The translations under genes and the position numbers were made by a program. Below, in pieces: positions 29,198 to 39,916 of a stretch of DNA of 61,640 bases. A model generated the notes under the pieces. It searched no databases. It was given only the letters and a program-made list of their open reading frames with translations, and was not told where the DNA came from. The stretch is from Flavobacteriales bacterium (lineage in GTDB: Bacteria; Bacteroidota; Bacteroidia; Flavobacteriales; CAJXXR01). Position 1 is the first letter of the stretch, and the number at the start of each line of letters is the position of its first letter. The stretch spans positions 1-61,640 of the forward strand of contig JBMYWP010000019.1 in the NCBI GenBank assembly GCA_049607525.1, given 5' to 3'.

Positions 29198-31321
29198 TTA
29201 TCGTTTTATGCTCAAAACACCTTTAAAAACAGGATGTCCTCCAGTATTTAAATCAATCATGTAAAAGTATGATCCCATTTCAACCTCTTCACCATCTACT
29301 TTACCGTCCCATGGTGTATTGTAGTTTATTTGATCAACAACAAGTTTTCCCCATCGATCAAAAATCTGAATTTTAGCATTTGGAAAACTGTGAATTCCTT
29401 TAATAAGCCAAGTGTCATTGAAACCATCTTCATTTGGTGAAAAGGCATTTGGAATATTAAAACATAAATTTCCACCTATTGGATCCCCTTTTACCTGAAT
29501 TTTAACATCTCCAGAACATCCGTTAGAATCTGTTACAGTAACAGTATAAACCCCTATTGAATCAATGATTAATTCTGAATCGGTAGATCCATCCTCCCAT
29601 AAAAATGAATAAGGTTCGTTACCTCCAGAAGGATAAATAGTTAATAAACCATCATCTCCATTTAGTTCACAAGGGTTAAAAGTATTTGTAATTGCACCTG
29701 TAATAACAGAACCACGATTTACAACAAAGGTCGAATCCCATTCACAACCTAAAGTATCTGTGATGGTCAACTTATATTCCCCTCCAGGAATATTCTTTAT
29801 AGAAACTGTAGTATCTCCATTAGACCATAAATATTTTAAATCCAAATTATCAAATTTCAAGGTAATTGATCCAGATGAATCACTTGAACAGGTATTGTGT
29901 TTAATTTCTTCAAATAAAACCTTAGCTACCGAAATTTCTGGAATAACGATGTTCGTATCTAATGAACAACCTTGATTGTCTGACACAACAACGTCATAAG
30001 ATCCTGGAGCTATATTACTCAAAGATGATGATACGTTTAACCCATTGAATTGATATGTATAAGTACCTGAGCCTCCAGTTGCATTAAAAACCAAAGTTCC
30101 ATTATTGTTACCACAAGTAGTTGGTGTAATCATTGGATGTAAATGAATCTGCCCTGGACCAGAAATATCAAAATTCACAACAGTTTCACAACCACGCTCA
30201 TCCGTTACAGTCACATATTCATTCTGTCCTATTGTCACTATTTTCGTAAATAAATTTAAGGTTCCATCTGACCATAAAATTTGATATGGAGACAAACCAC
30301 CTTCAATATTTAGTGTTACTTCGATAATCGTATCTTCACATGTAAAACTCCCATAAGAGTAATCCACATCAAGCATTTGATGCACTGTATCTATTGTAAA
30401 CATTTTCTCAATAGAACACCCTAAACTATCTGTTATAACTAAACTGTGATTACCATGATGAATTTCAGAAGAATCTGAAACACTCCAATCATAAGTATAT
30501 GGAGAAACTCCTCCTGAAACATTTACGGTTGCTGAATAATAATTACTATCACAAGATTCAATTTCCAAAAGTAAATCCACAATGATTTCATCTTCACTCA
30601 ACACTGTATAATTTACAGTTTTTTCGCAACCACTTACATCGGTAACAGAAACAGAATGTGTTCCTGGTGGTACATGTAAAGAATCTATTCCATTCCAATT
30701 AATAGTATAGGAAGGTGCTCCTCCTAAAATGAGCAGTTCAACAGAACCAGAATCTGAATAACAAACAGAATGCTGTACAATAGGAAAAATTTGCAATTCT
30801 GGATTGGTTTGAATTTCAATATCTAAAGAATCTATACAACCAGAAGCATCTGTTACAATAACTTGATGAAAACCAACATTTAAATTATTGGCAAATGAAT
30901 CAACAGAACCGTTAGACCAACTAAATTGATAAGGTTCATTTCCTCCTGATACAGAAACAATTCCAGTACCTAAATCACCAGCACAGCTTGGATAGATACT
31001 TAAATCAGATATAGACAGTGGATCAACCAATTCAACTACAAATCCAGCAAAACCAGGGCAATTATTGGAATCGTAAACCGTAATTCCATAACTACCAGAA
31101 GTTAAATTTGAAATATCCTCTGTTGTATCACCATTTGTCCAAGTGTAAGTATAAGGACCTACGCCTCCTTGAATAGAAATATCTATAGAACCATTTGGTC
31201 CTAAGCCACAATCATTTTCATGAATAATGTTGGCCGTTATTATAATCGGGTCACAAGCCCAGGCTTGAATAGAACCGAATAATAAAATTGAAAAAAAAAC
31301 ATTCGCTAATAAGCGTCTCAT
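29198..31321 (-). CDS. SprB-repeat adhesin-like protein with T9SS type-B (gliding-motility-associated) C-terminal sorting domain
   Basis: Repeated ...GG.SPYTY.WSNG... approx 80-aa modules (PYTYTWTNGDT, PYQFSWSNGS, PYTYDWSVSD, PYSFLWEDGS). The C-terminus PNAFSPNEDGFNDTWLIKG...IQIFDRWGKLV... is the CHU_C/type-B CTD signature. Confidence 0.8.
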   Translation of the reverse strand: MRRLLANVFFSILLFGSIQAWACDPIIITANIIHENDCGLGPNGSIDISIQGGVGPYTYTWTNGDTTEDISNLTSGSYGITVYDSNNCPGFAGFVVELVDPLSISDLSIYPSCAGDLGTGIVSVSGGNEPYQFSWSNGSVDSFANNLNVGFHQVIVTDASGCIDSLDIEIQTNPELQIFPIVQHSVCYSDSGSVELLILGGAPSYTINWNGIDSLHVPPGTHSVSVTDVSGCEKTVNYTVLSEDEIIVDLLLEIESCDSNYYSATVNVSGGVSPYTYDWSVSDSSEIHHGNHSLVITDSLGCSIEKMFTIDTVHQMLDVDYSYGSFTCEDTIIEVTLNIEGGLSPYQILWSDGTLNLFTKIVTIGQNEYVTVTDERGCETVVNFDISGPGQIHLHPMITPTTCGNNNGTLVFNATGGSGTYTYQFNGLNVSSSLSNIAPGSYDVVVSDNQGCSLDTNIVIPEISVAKVLFEEIKHNTCSSDSSGSITLKFDNLDLKYLWSNGDTTVSIKNIPGGEYKLTITDTLGCEWDSTFVVNRGSVITGAITNTFNPCELNGDDGLLTIYPSGGNEPYSFLWEDGSTDSELIIDSIGVYTVTVTDSNGCSGDVKIQVKGDPIGGNLCFNIPNAFSPNEDGFNDTWLIKGIHSFPNAKIQIFDRWGKLVVDQINYNTPWDGKVDGEEVEMGSYFYMIDLNTGGHPVFKGVLSIKR

Positions 31322-31438
31322 TGGTATGAAAATTAAAATACCGAACAAAAATAGCGATATTCATTAGCTTTTAAAATAAAATATCAGTTTTAACAGTAAA
31401 TATTCTAATTTTGTTGAATCATAGAAAACTACACATAG

Positions 31439-32146
31439 ATGAAATTGATATTTTTAACATATTCTATTACGGCATTTTCTTGCCTTTCGGTTGCTCAAAA
31501 TAACTTTGTAAACCTTTGGAAATTGCAGGACAGTGAAAATAAAGTAGAAATCAAAATTAATAAATCAAATGGGCAAAAAGGTCTTCCTTTTGTGGTAGAA
31601 GGTTTATCAAAAACGAATTCTAGAACTTATATTTCTGGGACATTAGATCATACAGGATTAAATGAATTTGCTTACAAAGACCCCAACAGTACTTGTAATC
31701 TTACATTTCATTTTATTAATCAAGATTCGGCTTATGTATCTACAAAAAATTGTGAAAACTACACTTTACAAGATAGCCTAGATGGCTTATACACAACCAA
31801 TGAGACCTCTTTCCTTTCTTATAAAATGCTGAAAGGATACGACTATGACTTTGAACAGGAGTTGGCCTTAAGAACTGGTGATTTTTATCAAAAAATTAAA
31901 ACCCTTTCAATCGAAAAAAGGAGAATCGATTTAGAGGAAGGACAAGTGTTTTTCTTTCATTCTACAAAAGACAGCTTAGCATTGGATCCTAAAATCGTTT
32001 TTTATTTAACTGCAGATAAATATTCTGTTTTTTATAGAGAAAACGATAAAATAACAAGTTTTACAGACCGAAATCACAAAACATTACCCACAGAAATTCT
32101 TCTTTGGATACAAAAAAACAGGATTAGTCCAGAAACAGAACAATAA
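31439..32146 (+). CDS. hypothetical secreted protein
   Basis: 235 aa with an N-terminal signal peptide. No recognisable motifs. Confidence 0.4.
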   Translation: MKLIFLTYSITAFSCLSVAQNNFVNLWKLQDSENKVEIKINKSNGQKGLPFVVEGLSKTNSRTYISGTLDHTGLNEFAYKDPNSTCNLTFHFINQDSAYVSTKNCENYTLQDSLDGLYTTNETSFLSYKMLKGYDYDFEQELALRTGDFYQKIKTLSIEKRRIDLEEGQVFFFHSTKDSLALDPKIVFYLTADKYSVFYRENDKITSFTDRNHKTLPTEILLWIQKNRISPETEQ

Positions 32147-32223
32147 AGAGTAAGGTTTTATGTTCTATATATTGAGATCATGAAATTAAATTTGTTTCAC
32201 ATTTATCGTTTTTAAAACATCTT

Positions 32224-33288
32224 ATGAAATTAAGACACCTTCTTTTTTTATCATCGCTAACGGTTACAGGAATTGCTTCTGCCCAAAGCGCTAAATATAG
32301 TAATGAATTTTTAAGACTTGGAATGGGCGCTCAGTCTTTTGGTATGGCCAGCTCTGTTCTAACGATGGAAGGAAGTGCCGAATCGGCTTATTGGAATCCT
32401 TCTCAATTGGTTACTATGAAAGATACGGCGCAAGCTTCTTTCATGCATTCTAACTATTTCAATGGAATTGCTAATTACAATACCGCTTCGTTTGCATTAA
32501 AAATAGATGACAAATCAGCTGCTGCATTGAGTATAATCAGATTTGGTGTAGATGATATCATGAACACAACAAACTTAATTGATAATCAGGGGAATGTAGA
32601 TTATGATCGTATAAACTTATTCTCGGCATCAGATTATGCCCTTTTAGGGTCTTATGCTCGAAAAACGAACATACCTGGGTTATCTGTAGGTGCCAACGTA
32701 AAACTGATTTACCGTCAAATTGGGTCGTTTGCCAATGCATTTGGTATGGGAACTGATGTCTCAGCAACTTATTCTAAGAATAAAGCCACATATTCAGCTG
32801 TTGTTTCCGATTTAACCACAAGTTTTGCTTCTTGGAGTTTCACAGACGATGAACTAAGCCAACGCCTTGTTGATTTAGGCCAAGAACCTCCAAAAAATGG
32901 TACGGAATTCACTCTACCACATGTAAAACTGGCCTATGGTAGACGTTTTGAACTAAAGAACAAACTAAATCTAAAGGCAGAAATAGGATCTAGCATATAT
33001 TTTGATGGAGAAAGAAATGCTGCACTGAGTGGATCTACATTTACCTTTGAACCGAACTTAGGTTTTCAGTTAGATTACAACAATATCGTTTTTCTTAGAA
33101 CCGGGATCAATAACCTACAAACCTATTCAGATTTTGGTAAAGAGAAATTTTCTTTTCAACCAAGTGTTGGATTAGGTGCTTTTTATAAGGCCTTTCAGAT
33201 TGATTATGGTCTTACAGAAGTGGCTAATGCTTCTATTTCGCAACTTTCTCATGTATTTTCTATAAAATACCACTTTAACAAACTGTAA
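32224..33288 (+). CDS. PorQ/PorV-family (FadL-like) outer-membrane beta-barrel protein
   Basis: 354 aa. Signal peptide, an N-terminal ...EFLRLGMGAQSFGMASSVLTMEGSAESAYWNPSQL... signature shared by PorV/PorQ/FadL-like barrels, and a C-terminal aromatic-rich strand. Confidence 0.45.
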   Translation: MKLRHLLFLSSLTVTGIASAQSAKYSNEFLRLGMGAQSFGMASSVLTMEGSAESAYWNPSQLVTMKDTAQASFMHSNYFNGIANYNTASFALKIDDKSAAALSIIRFGVDDIMNTTNLIDNQGNVDYDRINLFSASDYALLGSYARKTNIPGLSVGANVKLIYRQIGSFANAFGMGTDVSATYSKNKATYSAVVSDLTTSFASWSFTDDELSQRLVDLGQEPPKNGTEFTLPHVKLAYGRRFELKNKLNLKAEIGSSIYFDGERNAALSGSTFTFEPNLGFQLDYNNIVFLRTGINNLQTYSDFGKEKFSFQPSVGLGAFYKAFQIDYGLTEVANASISQLSHVFSIKYHFNKL

Positions 33289-33289
33289 A

Positions 33290-34864
33290 ATGCTTAAAAA
33301 CATACCGAATTCCATTTTGGCAATTCTTTTTTCAATATTCTATATTATGGCCTGGACTCCTTTTAGTCAGGCCTATCTTATTTTTATAGCTTTCGTTCCT
33401 TTATTACTTTTAATTCGCAAACATGTTGATGTAAAAGTGAAAGCTAAAAAGACCATACTCTTACTTGTTTCACTCTTTTTTTCGACTACTATTATCCTCA
33501 ATTATTGGATTTCTTACGCCCACTGGGGAGGAACATTATTAGCTTCAATTGTACAATCACTTTTACTATTAACACCTTTTTTATTCTTTTACAGATACAC
33601 CAAAAAAGGGCATCCAAAACAAGGTATTCTAGCCTTTATTTTCCTTTTTATTTCTATAGAATATTTACAGAATTTTTGGGATCTTTCATGGCCTTGGTTT
33701 AACCTCGGACAAAGTCTTTCTGTATTTCCTGAAGGTATACAGTGGTATAGCTATACTGGTTCAATTGGAGGTTCATTACTTATATTAATTATAAATATAT
33801 CTATATATACAATTACAATTTCAAAAAACAGCTTTATATCAATTGTTATTTTCAATACTATTTTGATAACAGTGTTATGTTTTATTTTAACACCCACTAG
33901 ATCAACACCTAATATTAATCAAGTTAAATCTATGATTTATCAACCAAATTTAGATGCTTACTCAAAAAAATTCGACACAAACCAACATGATCAACTTAAG
34001 GATTTACTTCAAAAAATAGAAACATTAGACACTACAGTTACCACAATTATTATTTGTCCAGAAACATACATTCATCGATCTGTCAATGAAGATCACATAG
34101 AGTACAACCCATATATAAACTCAATAAAAAGTGCACTAAAATCTGAACGCCACTATGTATTAACCGGATTAAATTCAACTAAAAAAATAGATCCAAAAAC
34201 AGAACAGGACAAAGGTTCAATAAGAACTCAAAACGGCATTCATTACAAGGTATACAACAGTGCTTTATTAATTAATAACAAAACAACATTAGATATATAT
34301 CATAAAAGCAAATTAGTTGCAGGTGCTGAAACAACACCCTTCTCTTCTATTTTATCTCCAATTCTAGGGAGTTTATTTAATATTGATTTAGGAGGAATAA
34401 GTGGTAACCTTGGGAAAAGCGACTCCCCCAAAATTTTAACATCACCGCATTTCTCCCTCTCCCCTATTATTTGCTTTGAATCGGCATTTAGCGATTACAC
34501 AGCATCGTTTTCAGAATTGGGTTCAGATTTTATTGCAATTATTACAAATGATGATTGGTGGGGCAATACCGCAGGTCATAAACATCATTTCGAGTTGGCT
34601 AAAATAAGAGCCATTGAAAATCAAAAATATGTTGTGAGAAGTGCTAATACTGGAATTTCAGGAATTATTGCTCCAAACGGAACTGTAGTAACGTCTCTTT
34701 CTTATAAAGAAAAAGGGTTTATTGAAGGGAATATAGGCTTAATTAAAAGGCCTTCCTATTTCTCCCAAAACAAACACGTTATAGGTAAATTGTTTACATT
34801 TGTCTTAGCCATGTTGATTCTTCAGATGGAAACCTTAATTATTCGATCAAAAAAAAATGTATAA
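33290..34864 (+). CDS. lnt: apolipoprotein N-acyltransferase
   Basis: 524 aa. N-terminal polytopic domain plus C-terminal CN-hydrolase domain with the E/K/C triad (ICPETY, YHKSKLV, ICFESAF) and RSANTGISGIIAPNG. Confidence 0.8.
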   Translation: MLKNIPNSILAILFSIFYIMAWTPFSQAYLIFIAFVPLLLLIRKHVDVKVKAKKTILLLVSLFFSTTIILNYWISYAHWGGTLLASIVQSLLLLTPFLFFYRYTKKGHPKQGILAFIFLFISIEYLQNFWDLSWPWFNLGQSLSVFPEGIQWYSYTGSIGGSLLILIINISIYTITISKNSFISIVIFNTILITVLCFILTPTRSTPNINQVKSMIYQPNLDAYSKKFDTNQHDQLKDLLQKIETLDTTVTTIIICPETYIHRSVNEDHIEYNPYINSIKSALKSERHYVLTGLNSTKKIDPKTEQDKGSIRTQNGIHYKVYNSALLINNKTTLDIYHKSKLVAGAETTPFSSILSPILGSLFNIDLGGISGNLGKSDSPKILTSPHFSLSPIICFESAFSDYTASFSELGSDFIAIITNDDWWGNTAGHKHHFELAKIRAIENQKYVVRSANTGISGIIAPNGTVVTSLSYKEKGFIEGNIGLIKRPSYFSQNKHVIGKLFTFVLAMLILQMETLIIRSKKNV

Positions 34865-35600
34865 AAAACTAGTCCTCCCTATTATTATTCTCTCTGGTAT
34901 ATTTTCTAGTTGTAATAACGACGACGAGAGCACCAATTCAAATGTTGTAACTACAAATATTAGTTTTACAGCATTAAATGGTAGTCAAACTTATCTAAAA
35001 TCTGATACTGTCAATTTTTTCGATACATATAAACTAAGATTTGATGACCTAGAGTATTTTGTGTCAAACATAACGTTAATTGATGTAGATGGTAAATCAA
35101 CTTATTTAGATTCGGTTCAATTTATTGACCATTCAAAAGAAGATAATACTTTTCAGGTTAAAGTAGACAAAGGAACATATTCCAAAATTACTTTTAATTT
35201 AGGACTTACCGAAGACTTAAATCAGTCGGACCCTACAAAAAGACCGGTAGATCACCCATTAAGCACCAAAGAAAACATGTTTTGGTCTTGGGGTTCTCAA
35301 TATAGATTTGTGAGACTTCAAGGAAACTTTGGAGAAATTTCTTCAGCAGATTTAACCGAAACCTTTGCTTGGCATCCAGGAAAACCCGATTTGCTAAGAA
35401 AAGTAGAATTGGACCTTGAAGAAAAAGAAATTTCATCAAATTCTGAAATAAATATCGAACTCCAAGTCACTGATATACTGAATAAAATTGAAACAGTTGA
35501 CGTAAAAAACAACCCAACTTGGCACGGAAGTGCTTCAAATGTATCCGTTGCTCACAAAATTGTTGATAACTTTGTGGCCAGTTTAAGCTACAAAAAATAG
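34857..35600 (+). CDS. lipoprotein, possibly MbnP-like; overlaps lnt by 8 nt
   Basis: Lipobox (FSSC), and a Trp-rich core (MFWSWGSQYRFVRLQG) reminiscent of MbnP-family proteins. Low certainty. Confidence 0.4.
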   Translation: MYKKLVLPIIILSGIFSSCNNDDESTNSNVVTTNISFTALNGSQTYLKSDTVNFFDTYKLRFDDLEYFVSNITLIDVDGKSTYLDSVQFIDHSKEDNTFQVKVDKGTYSKITFNLGLTEDLNQSDPTKRPVDHPLSTKENMFWSWGSQYRFVRLQGNFGEISSADLTETFAWHPGKPDLLRKVELDLEEKEISSNSEINIELQVTDILNKIETVDVKNNPTWHGSASNVSVAHKIVDNFVASLSYKK

Positions 35601-35604
35601 AATC

Positions 35605-36210
35605 GTGAAAATTATTGGAATTTCTGGAATTTCTGGATCGGGTAAATCAAGACTTACAAAAGCTGTAAAGGAGACTTTTGGTAATGAAATGGTTATCATA
35701 CACCAAGACAATTATTATAAAGATCAATCTTCAATAAGTTTTGAGGAAAGAGTAAAAACAAATTACGATGAACCTGAATCAATAGAGTTTGATTTAATGT
35801 TTAAGGATGTTATTTCATTATTAAAAGGTAATAGAGTAGATATTCCAAACTATGACTTTGCAAATCATACTCGATCTACAAGTACAACTACAAAAATTCC
35901 TGAGAAATATCTTTTGGTTGAAGGAACCATGATTTATGCATATCCAGAATTAAAGGATCATATTGATTTGAAAATTTATGTAGATACGCCAATGGATATT
36001 GCCATTGTGAGAAGAATAACTCGCGATATAGAAGAAAGAGATAGACGAGCTAGTGATATACAGGCTCAATATTTTGGTACGGTAAGAAAAGGAATGTATC
36101 AATATACCATTTCTCAAAAAGATCAAGCCGATCTTATTATTTCGGGAGAAAAAGATGTGTTAGACCACTTAGATTTTGTGTCTACCATAATAAAAATGAA
36201 AAAAAACTAA
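35605..36210 (+). CDS. udk: uridine kinase
   Basis: P-loop GISGISGSGKS, and DNYYKD / P.YDF..H.R / LVEGT / IYVDTPMDIAIVRRITRD..ERDR spacing typical of Udk. Confidence 0.7.
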   Translation: MKIIGISGISGSGKSRLTKAVKETFGNEMVIIHQDNYYKDQSSISFEERVKTNYDEPESIEFDLMFKDVISLLKGNRVDIPNYDFANHTRSTSTTTKIPEKYLLVEGTMIYAYPELKDHIDLKIYVDTPMDIAIVRRITRDIEERDRRASDIQAQYFGTVRKGMYQYTISQKDQADLIISGEKDVLDHLDFVSTIIKMKKN

Positions 36211-36273
36211 ATATTTTGTAACCTTTTGTTAGGTTCCAACGTAAACTATACTGAACACTAAAAAAATTGAACT

Positions 36274-37137
36274 ATGAGGCAACTGAAAATAACCAAGCAG
36301 GTAACAAATCGTGAAACAGCTTCCCTTGACAAATACTTACAAGAAATTGGAAAGGTAGATTTAATTACCGCTGAAGAAGAAGTGGAATTAGCACAACGCA
36401 TTCGAGAAGGTGATCAGGTTGCTTTAGAGAAATTAACAAAAGCGAATTTACGTTTTGTTGTTTCTGTATCAAAACAATACCAAAATCAAGGTTTATCTTT
36501 ACCAGATTTAATTAACGAAGGTAACTTAGGATTAATTAAAGCTGCGCAACGTTTTGATGAAACTCGTGGTTTTAAATTTATTTCTTATGCCGTTTGGTGG
36601 ATTCGTCAATCAATTCTTCAAGCTTTAGCTGAACAATCTAGAATTGTACGTTTACCATTAAACAAAATTGGTTCTATTAACAAAATTAATAAAACCTACG
36701 CTGCACTTGAGCAAAACTATGAAAGAGAACCATCGGCTTTAGAAATTGCTGAAGATCTTGACATTACTGAATCTGAAGTAAAAGAATACCAAAGAAACTC
36801 AGGACGTCACGTATCTATGGATGCTCCATTAGTAGAAGGTGAAGATTCTTCTTTATATGATGTTGTAAAAAGTAGTGAAAGTCCAAATCCGGACAAAGAA
36901 CTTTTAATGGATTCATTAAGAATTGAAATTGAAAGAGCTCTTGTAACATTAACGCCTAGAGAAGCAGATGTTATTCGTTTATACTTTGGTTTAGCAAATG
37001 AACACCCTATGACTCTTGAAGAAATTGGAGAAACATTTGACCTAACAAGAGAACGTGTTCGTCAAATTAAAGAAAAAGCGATTCGTCGTTTAAAACATAC
37101 TTCGAGAAGTAAGATTCTGAAAACATATTTAGGATAA
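36274..37137 (+). CDS. rpoD: primary RNA polymerase sigma factor (short Bacteroidota sigmaA)
   Basis: 287 aa. Region 2 ([37 protein letters not shown]) and region 4 ([27 protein letters not shown]). Confidence 0.9.
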   Translation: MRQLKITKQVTNRETASLDKYLQEIGKVDLITAEEEVELAQRIREGDQVALEKLTKANLRFVVSVSKQYQNQGLSLPDLINEGNLGLIKAAQRFDETRGFKFISYAVWWIRQSILQALAEQSRIVRLPLNKIGSINKINKTYAALEQNYEREPSALEIAEDLDITESEVKEYQRNSGRHVSMDAPLVEGEDSSLYDVVKSSESPNPDKELLMDSLRIEIERALVTLTPREADVIRLYFGLANEHPMTLEEIGETFDLTRERVRQIKEKAIRRLKHTSRSKILKTYLG

Positions 37138-37180
37138 TAATTTTATTATCTTCTCATCGAAAATCAATTTTTATTTATTA

Positions 37181-37207
37181 GGAGCCTCTAGAGGGCTCCT
37201 TTTTATT
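37181..37207 (+). terminator. Rho-independent terminator after rpoD
   Basis: GGAGCCtctagaGGGCTCC followed by TTTTTATT. Confidence 0.7.
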
Positions 37208-37223
37208 AGCCTACCCTATCATC

Positions 37224-37874
37224 ATGACAAAACATCTTATTGCACCATCTGTTCTTGCAGCCGACTTTGCAAATTTACAGCGAGACATTGAAATGATTAA
37301 CAACAGTAACGCCGATTGGTTTCATATTGATATTATGGATGGTGTTTTTGTACCGAATATTTCTTTCGGAATGCCTGTTTTAGATGCGATTTCTAAACAT
37401 GCGAAAAAAACCATCGATGTTCATTTAATGATTGTAGATCCTGATCGTTACACTGAAACATTTTCGAAGTTAGGTGCAGATATATTAACAGTTCATTACG
37501 AAGCTTGTACGCATTTACACAGAAGTATTCAACACATAAAAAGTTTTAACATGCAAGCTGGAGTGGCATTAAATCCACATACACCTATTACCGTGTTAGA
37601 AGATATTGCCCCAGAATTGGATTTAGTTTGCCTTATGTCTGTAAACCCAGGATTTGGTGGACAGAAATTCATTGAGAACACTTACAAAAAAATCAAACAA
37701 TTAGTAGATTTAAGAACGAAAACTGGTTCTACATTTAAAATTGAAATTGATGGAGGTGTTTGCAATACCAACCATAAAGCTTTGGTAGAAGCTGGTGCTG
37801 ATGTACTGGTTGCGGGATCGGCTGTTTTCAAAGCTGAAAATCCATCAAGTATGATTGATGAATTAAAATCTTAA
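37224..37874 (+). CDS. rpe: ribulose-phosphate 3-epimerase
   Basis: IAPSVLAADF, HIDIMDG.FVPNISFG, and the D.H.M motifs. Confidence 0.9.
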   Translation: MTKHLIAPSVLAADFANLQRDIEMINNSNADWFHIDIMDGVFVPNISFGMPVLDAISKHAKKTIDVHLMIVDPDRYTETFSKLGADILTVHYEACTHLHRSIQHIKSFNMQAGVALNPHTPITVLEDIAPELDLVCLMSVNPGFGGQKFIENTYKKIKQLVDLRTKTGSTFKIEIDGGVCNTNHKALVEAGADVLVAGSAVFKAENPSSMIDELKS

Positions 37875-37883
37875 CAAGAAATT

Positions 37884-38930
37884 ATGTCTGAAGATAATAA
37901 AGAAATAGAATCGCTTCACGAACACGAAAGAATGGTTGTTGAAGAAGGAGTTGTCATGATTAGAATTGATAAATATATTCTTAATCATGTAAGCCGTGAA
38001 AAGTTTTCAAGAAATAAAATTCAGAAATATTGCGAGCAAGGTCTCATTTTTGTAAACGACAAACCTGTAAAATCCAATTATAAGGTTAAACCACAGGATG
38101 TTATTACCCTCAATAAAGCCTACCCTGTCCACTCTAAAGAAATTATACCTGAAAATATTCCTTTAGACATCATCTATGAAGATGATACTCTTCTGGTTGT
38201 AAATAAATCTGCAGGAATGGTAGTACATCCTAGTTTTGGACACTATTCAGGTACGCTTGTTCATGCTTTATTGTATCATATAAAAAACCTTCCAGAATCA
38301 TCTGATGAAGGAAGACCAGGCTTGGTACATAGAATTGATAAATTGACTTCTGGAATTTTGGTAATTGCCAAAACCGATGCCGCAATGATGGATTTATCGG
38401 CACAATTTGCGAACAGAACTACAGACCGTAAATATGTTGCACTAGTATGGGGAGACGTTAAAGAAGACGAAGGAACCATTACTGGTCACATTGGTAGAAG
38501 CAGAAAAGACCGAAAGTTGAGATTTGTTTATGATCATGGATCTGAAGGGAAACATGCAGTCACACATTATAAAGTTCTTGAAAGATTTGGATATGCTACT
38601 TTAGTAGAATGTAAACTTGAAACAGGTAGAACACACCAAATTCGTGTGCATTTCCAATATTTAGGTCATCCGTTATTTGGAGACCCTGAATATGGTGGAG
38701 ATAGTATTCTAAAAGGAACTACTTTTTCTAAATACAAACAATTTATACAAAACTGTTTCAAAATTGCACCTAGACAGAACCTGCATGCAAAAACTTTAGG
38801 CTTTACACACCCTGTAACCAAAGAGATGATGCATTTCGACTCGGAAATTGCAGAAGATATGCAAGAGGTGATTTCTCGCTGGAGAAACTATACAACACAA
38901 CGTTTAATGAAAAATGGAGACGACTATTAA
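37884..38930 (+). CDS. RluA-family 23S rRNA pseudouridine synthase (RluD-like), with N-terminal S4 domain
   Basis: Catalytic motif HRIDKLTSGILVIAKT. 348 aa. Confidence 0.8.
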   Translation: MSEDNKEIESLHEHERMVVEEGVVMIRIDKYILNHVSREKFSRNKIQKYCEQGLIFVNDKPVKSNYKVKPQDVITLNKAYPVHSKEIIPENIPLDIIYEDDTLLVVNKSAGMVVHPSFGHYSGTLVHALLYHIKNLPESSDEGRPGLVHRIDKLTSGILVIAKTDAAMMDLSAQFANRTTDRKYVALVWGDVKEDEGTITGHIGRSRKDRKLRFVYDHGSEGKHAVTHYKVLERFGYATLVECKLETGRTHQIRVHFQYLGHPLFGDPEYGGDSILKGTTFSKYKQFIQNCFKIAPRQNLHAKTLGFTHPVTKEMMHFDSEIAEDMQEVISRWRNYTTQRLMKNGDDY

Positions 38931-39027
38931 CATTTTTTATCAAAAAAACGTTAATAAATCATCATGTCATTAGATTATTTAATACTTTTACGAACAGAAA
39001 AAAACCAAACAATTAATTATAATTCTT

Positions 39028-39723
39028 ATGAAAAAAGTTTTACTTTCTTTAGCTGCATTATTTACTTTTGCCGCACAAGCACAAAAGGACATTACTACTA
39101 TTGTAGCATACCCTACAACTGAAACGATTTATGCTGCTGGTGATACTGCTATTATGCAATTGGCTATGATCAATACTGGTACAGTACAAATTGATATTAC
39201 AGATACTGTTTTCTACCGTTTAACTTTAGGGCCTTATAGTATTACAAATGCAGCTGGATCTCCTTGGAATGGAGCACTTTTATCTCAACCATTAGATTTA
39301 GGTGATACAGTATGGTTTAACCCTGCATTTGTACCTGTAGATCAAGATATGGTAAATGTAATGGATACAAGTAGTGCTGGTAACAGAGTTTGTGGGCTTA
39401 TTGAATTACAAAACTTAGCATTTGTTGAAGCTGATTTAACAAATAATGTTTCTTGTAATGAGGCTGCAGATCCTGTAGGAATTGATGAAGTAGAAAAAAC
39501 ATTCTCTACTTACCCTAACCCAGTTGTTAACAACTTATTTGTAAATATTGAGACTGATAATGCTGAATTCCGTGTTTATAACATGAGAGGTGTTTTAGTT
39601 TCTTCTTCAAATATTGTTTCTGGAGAAAATACAATTGATGTATCTAACTTTAGTAATGGTAATTACTTCTACATCATTAGAAAAGGAAATAACAATATTG
39701 GATCAGGTAAATTCGTAAAATAA
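39028..39723 (+). CDS. secreted protein with T9SS type-A (Por) C-terminal sorting domain
   Basis: Signal peptide. C-terminal approx 80 aa ...FSTYPNPVVNNLFVNIE...FRVYNMRGVLV...GNYFYIIRKGNNNIGSGKFVK. Confidence 0.7.
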   Translation: MKKVLLSLAALFTFAAQAQKDITTIVAYPTTETIYAAGDTAIMQLAMINTGTVQIDITDTVFYRLTLGPYSITNAAGSPWNGALLSQPLDLGDTVWFNPAFVPVDQDMVNVMDTSSAGNRVCGLIELQNLAFVEADLTNNVSCNEAADPVGIDEVEKTFSTYPNPVVNNLFVNIETDNAEFRVYNMRGVLVSSSNIVSGENTIDVSNFSNGNYFYIIRKGNNNIGSGKFVK

Positions 39724-39745
39724 TTTACAACCCAACTTTTTATCC

Positions 39746-39777
39746 AAACCGAGCTTTTTGCTCGGTTTTTTTTTGCT
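39746..39777 (+). terminator. Rho-independent terminator
   Basis: AAACCGAGC-ttttt-GCTCGGTTT followed by a T8 run. Confidence 0.75.
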
Positions 39778-39916
39778 CATATTTTTGCCTATGCTGGTCT
39801 CATTTTGTATAGTGAAAAGAAATTTTTATTCATTTATTTCTGCGAAGTATAATTATTAGTATTCTAGCTAATTTTGTATCTTAGCCATTCGAAAAATTAA
39901 ACAAAATACTTTAGAT

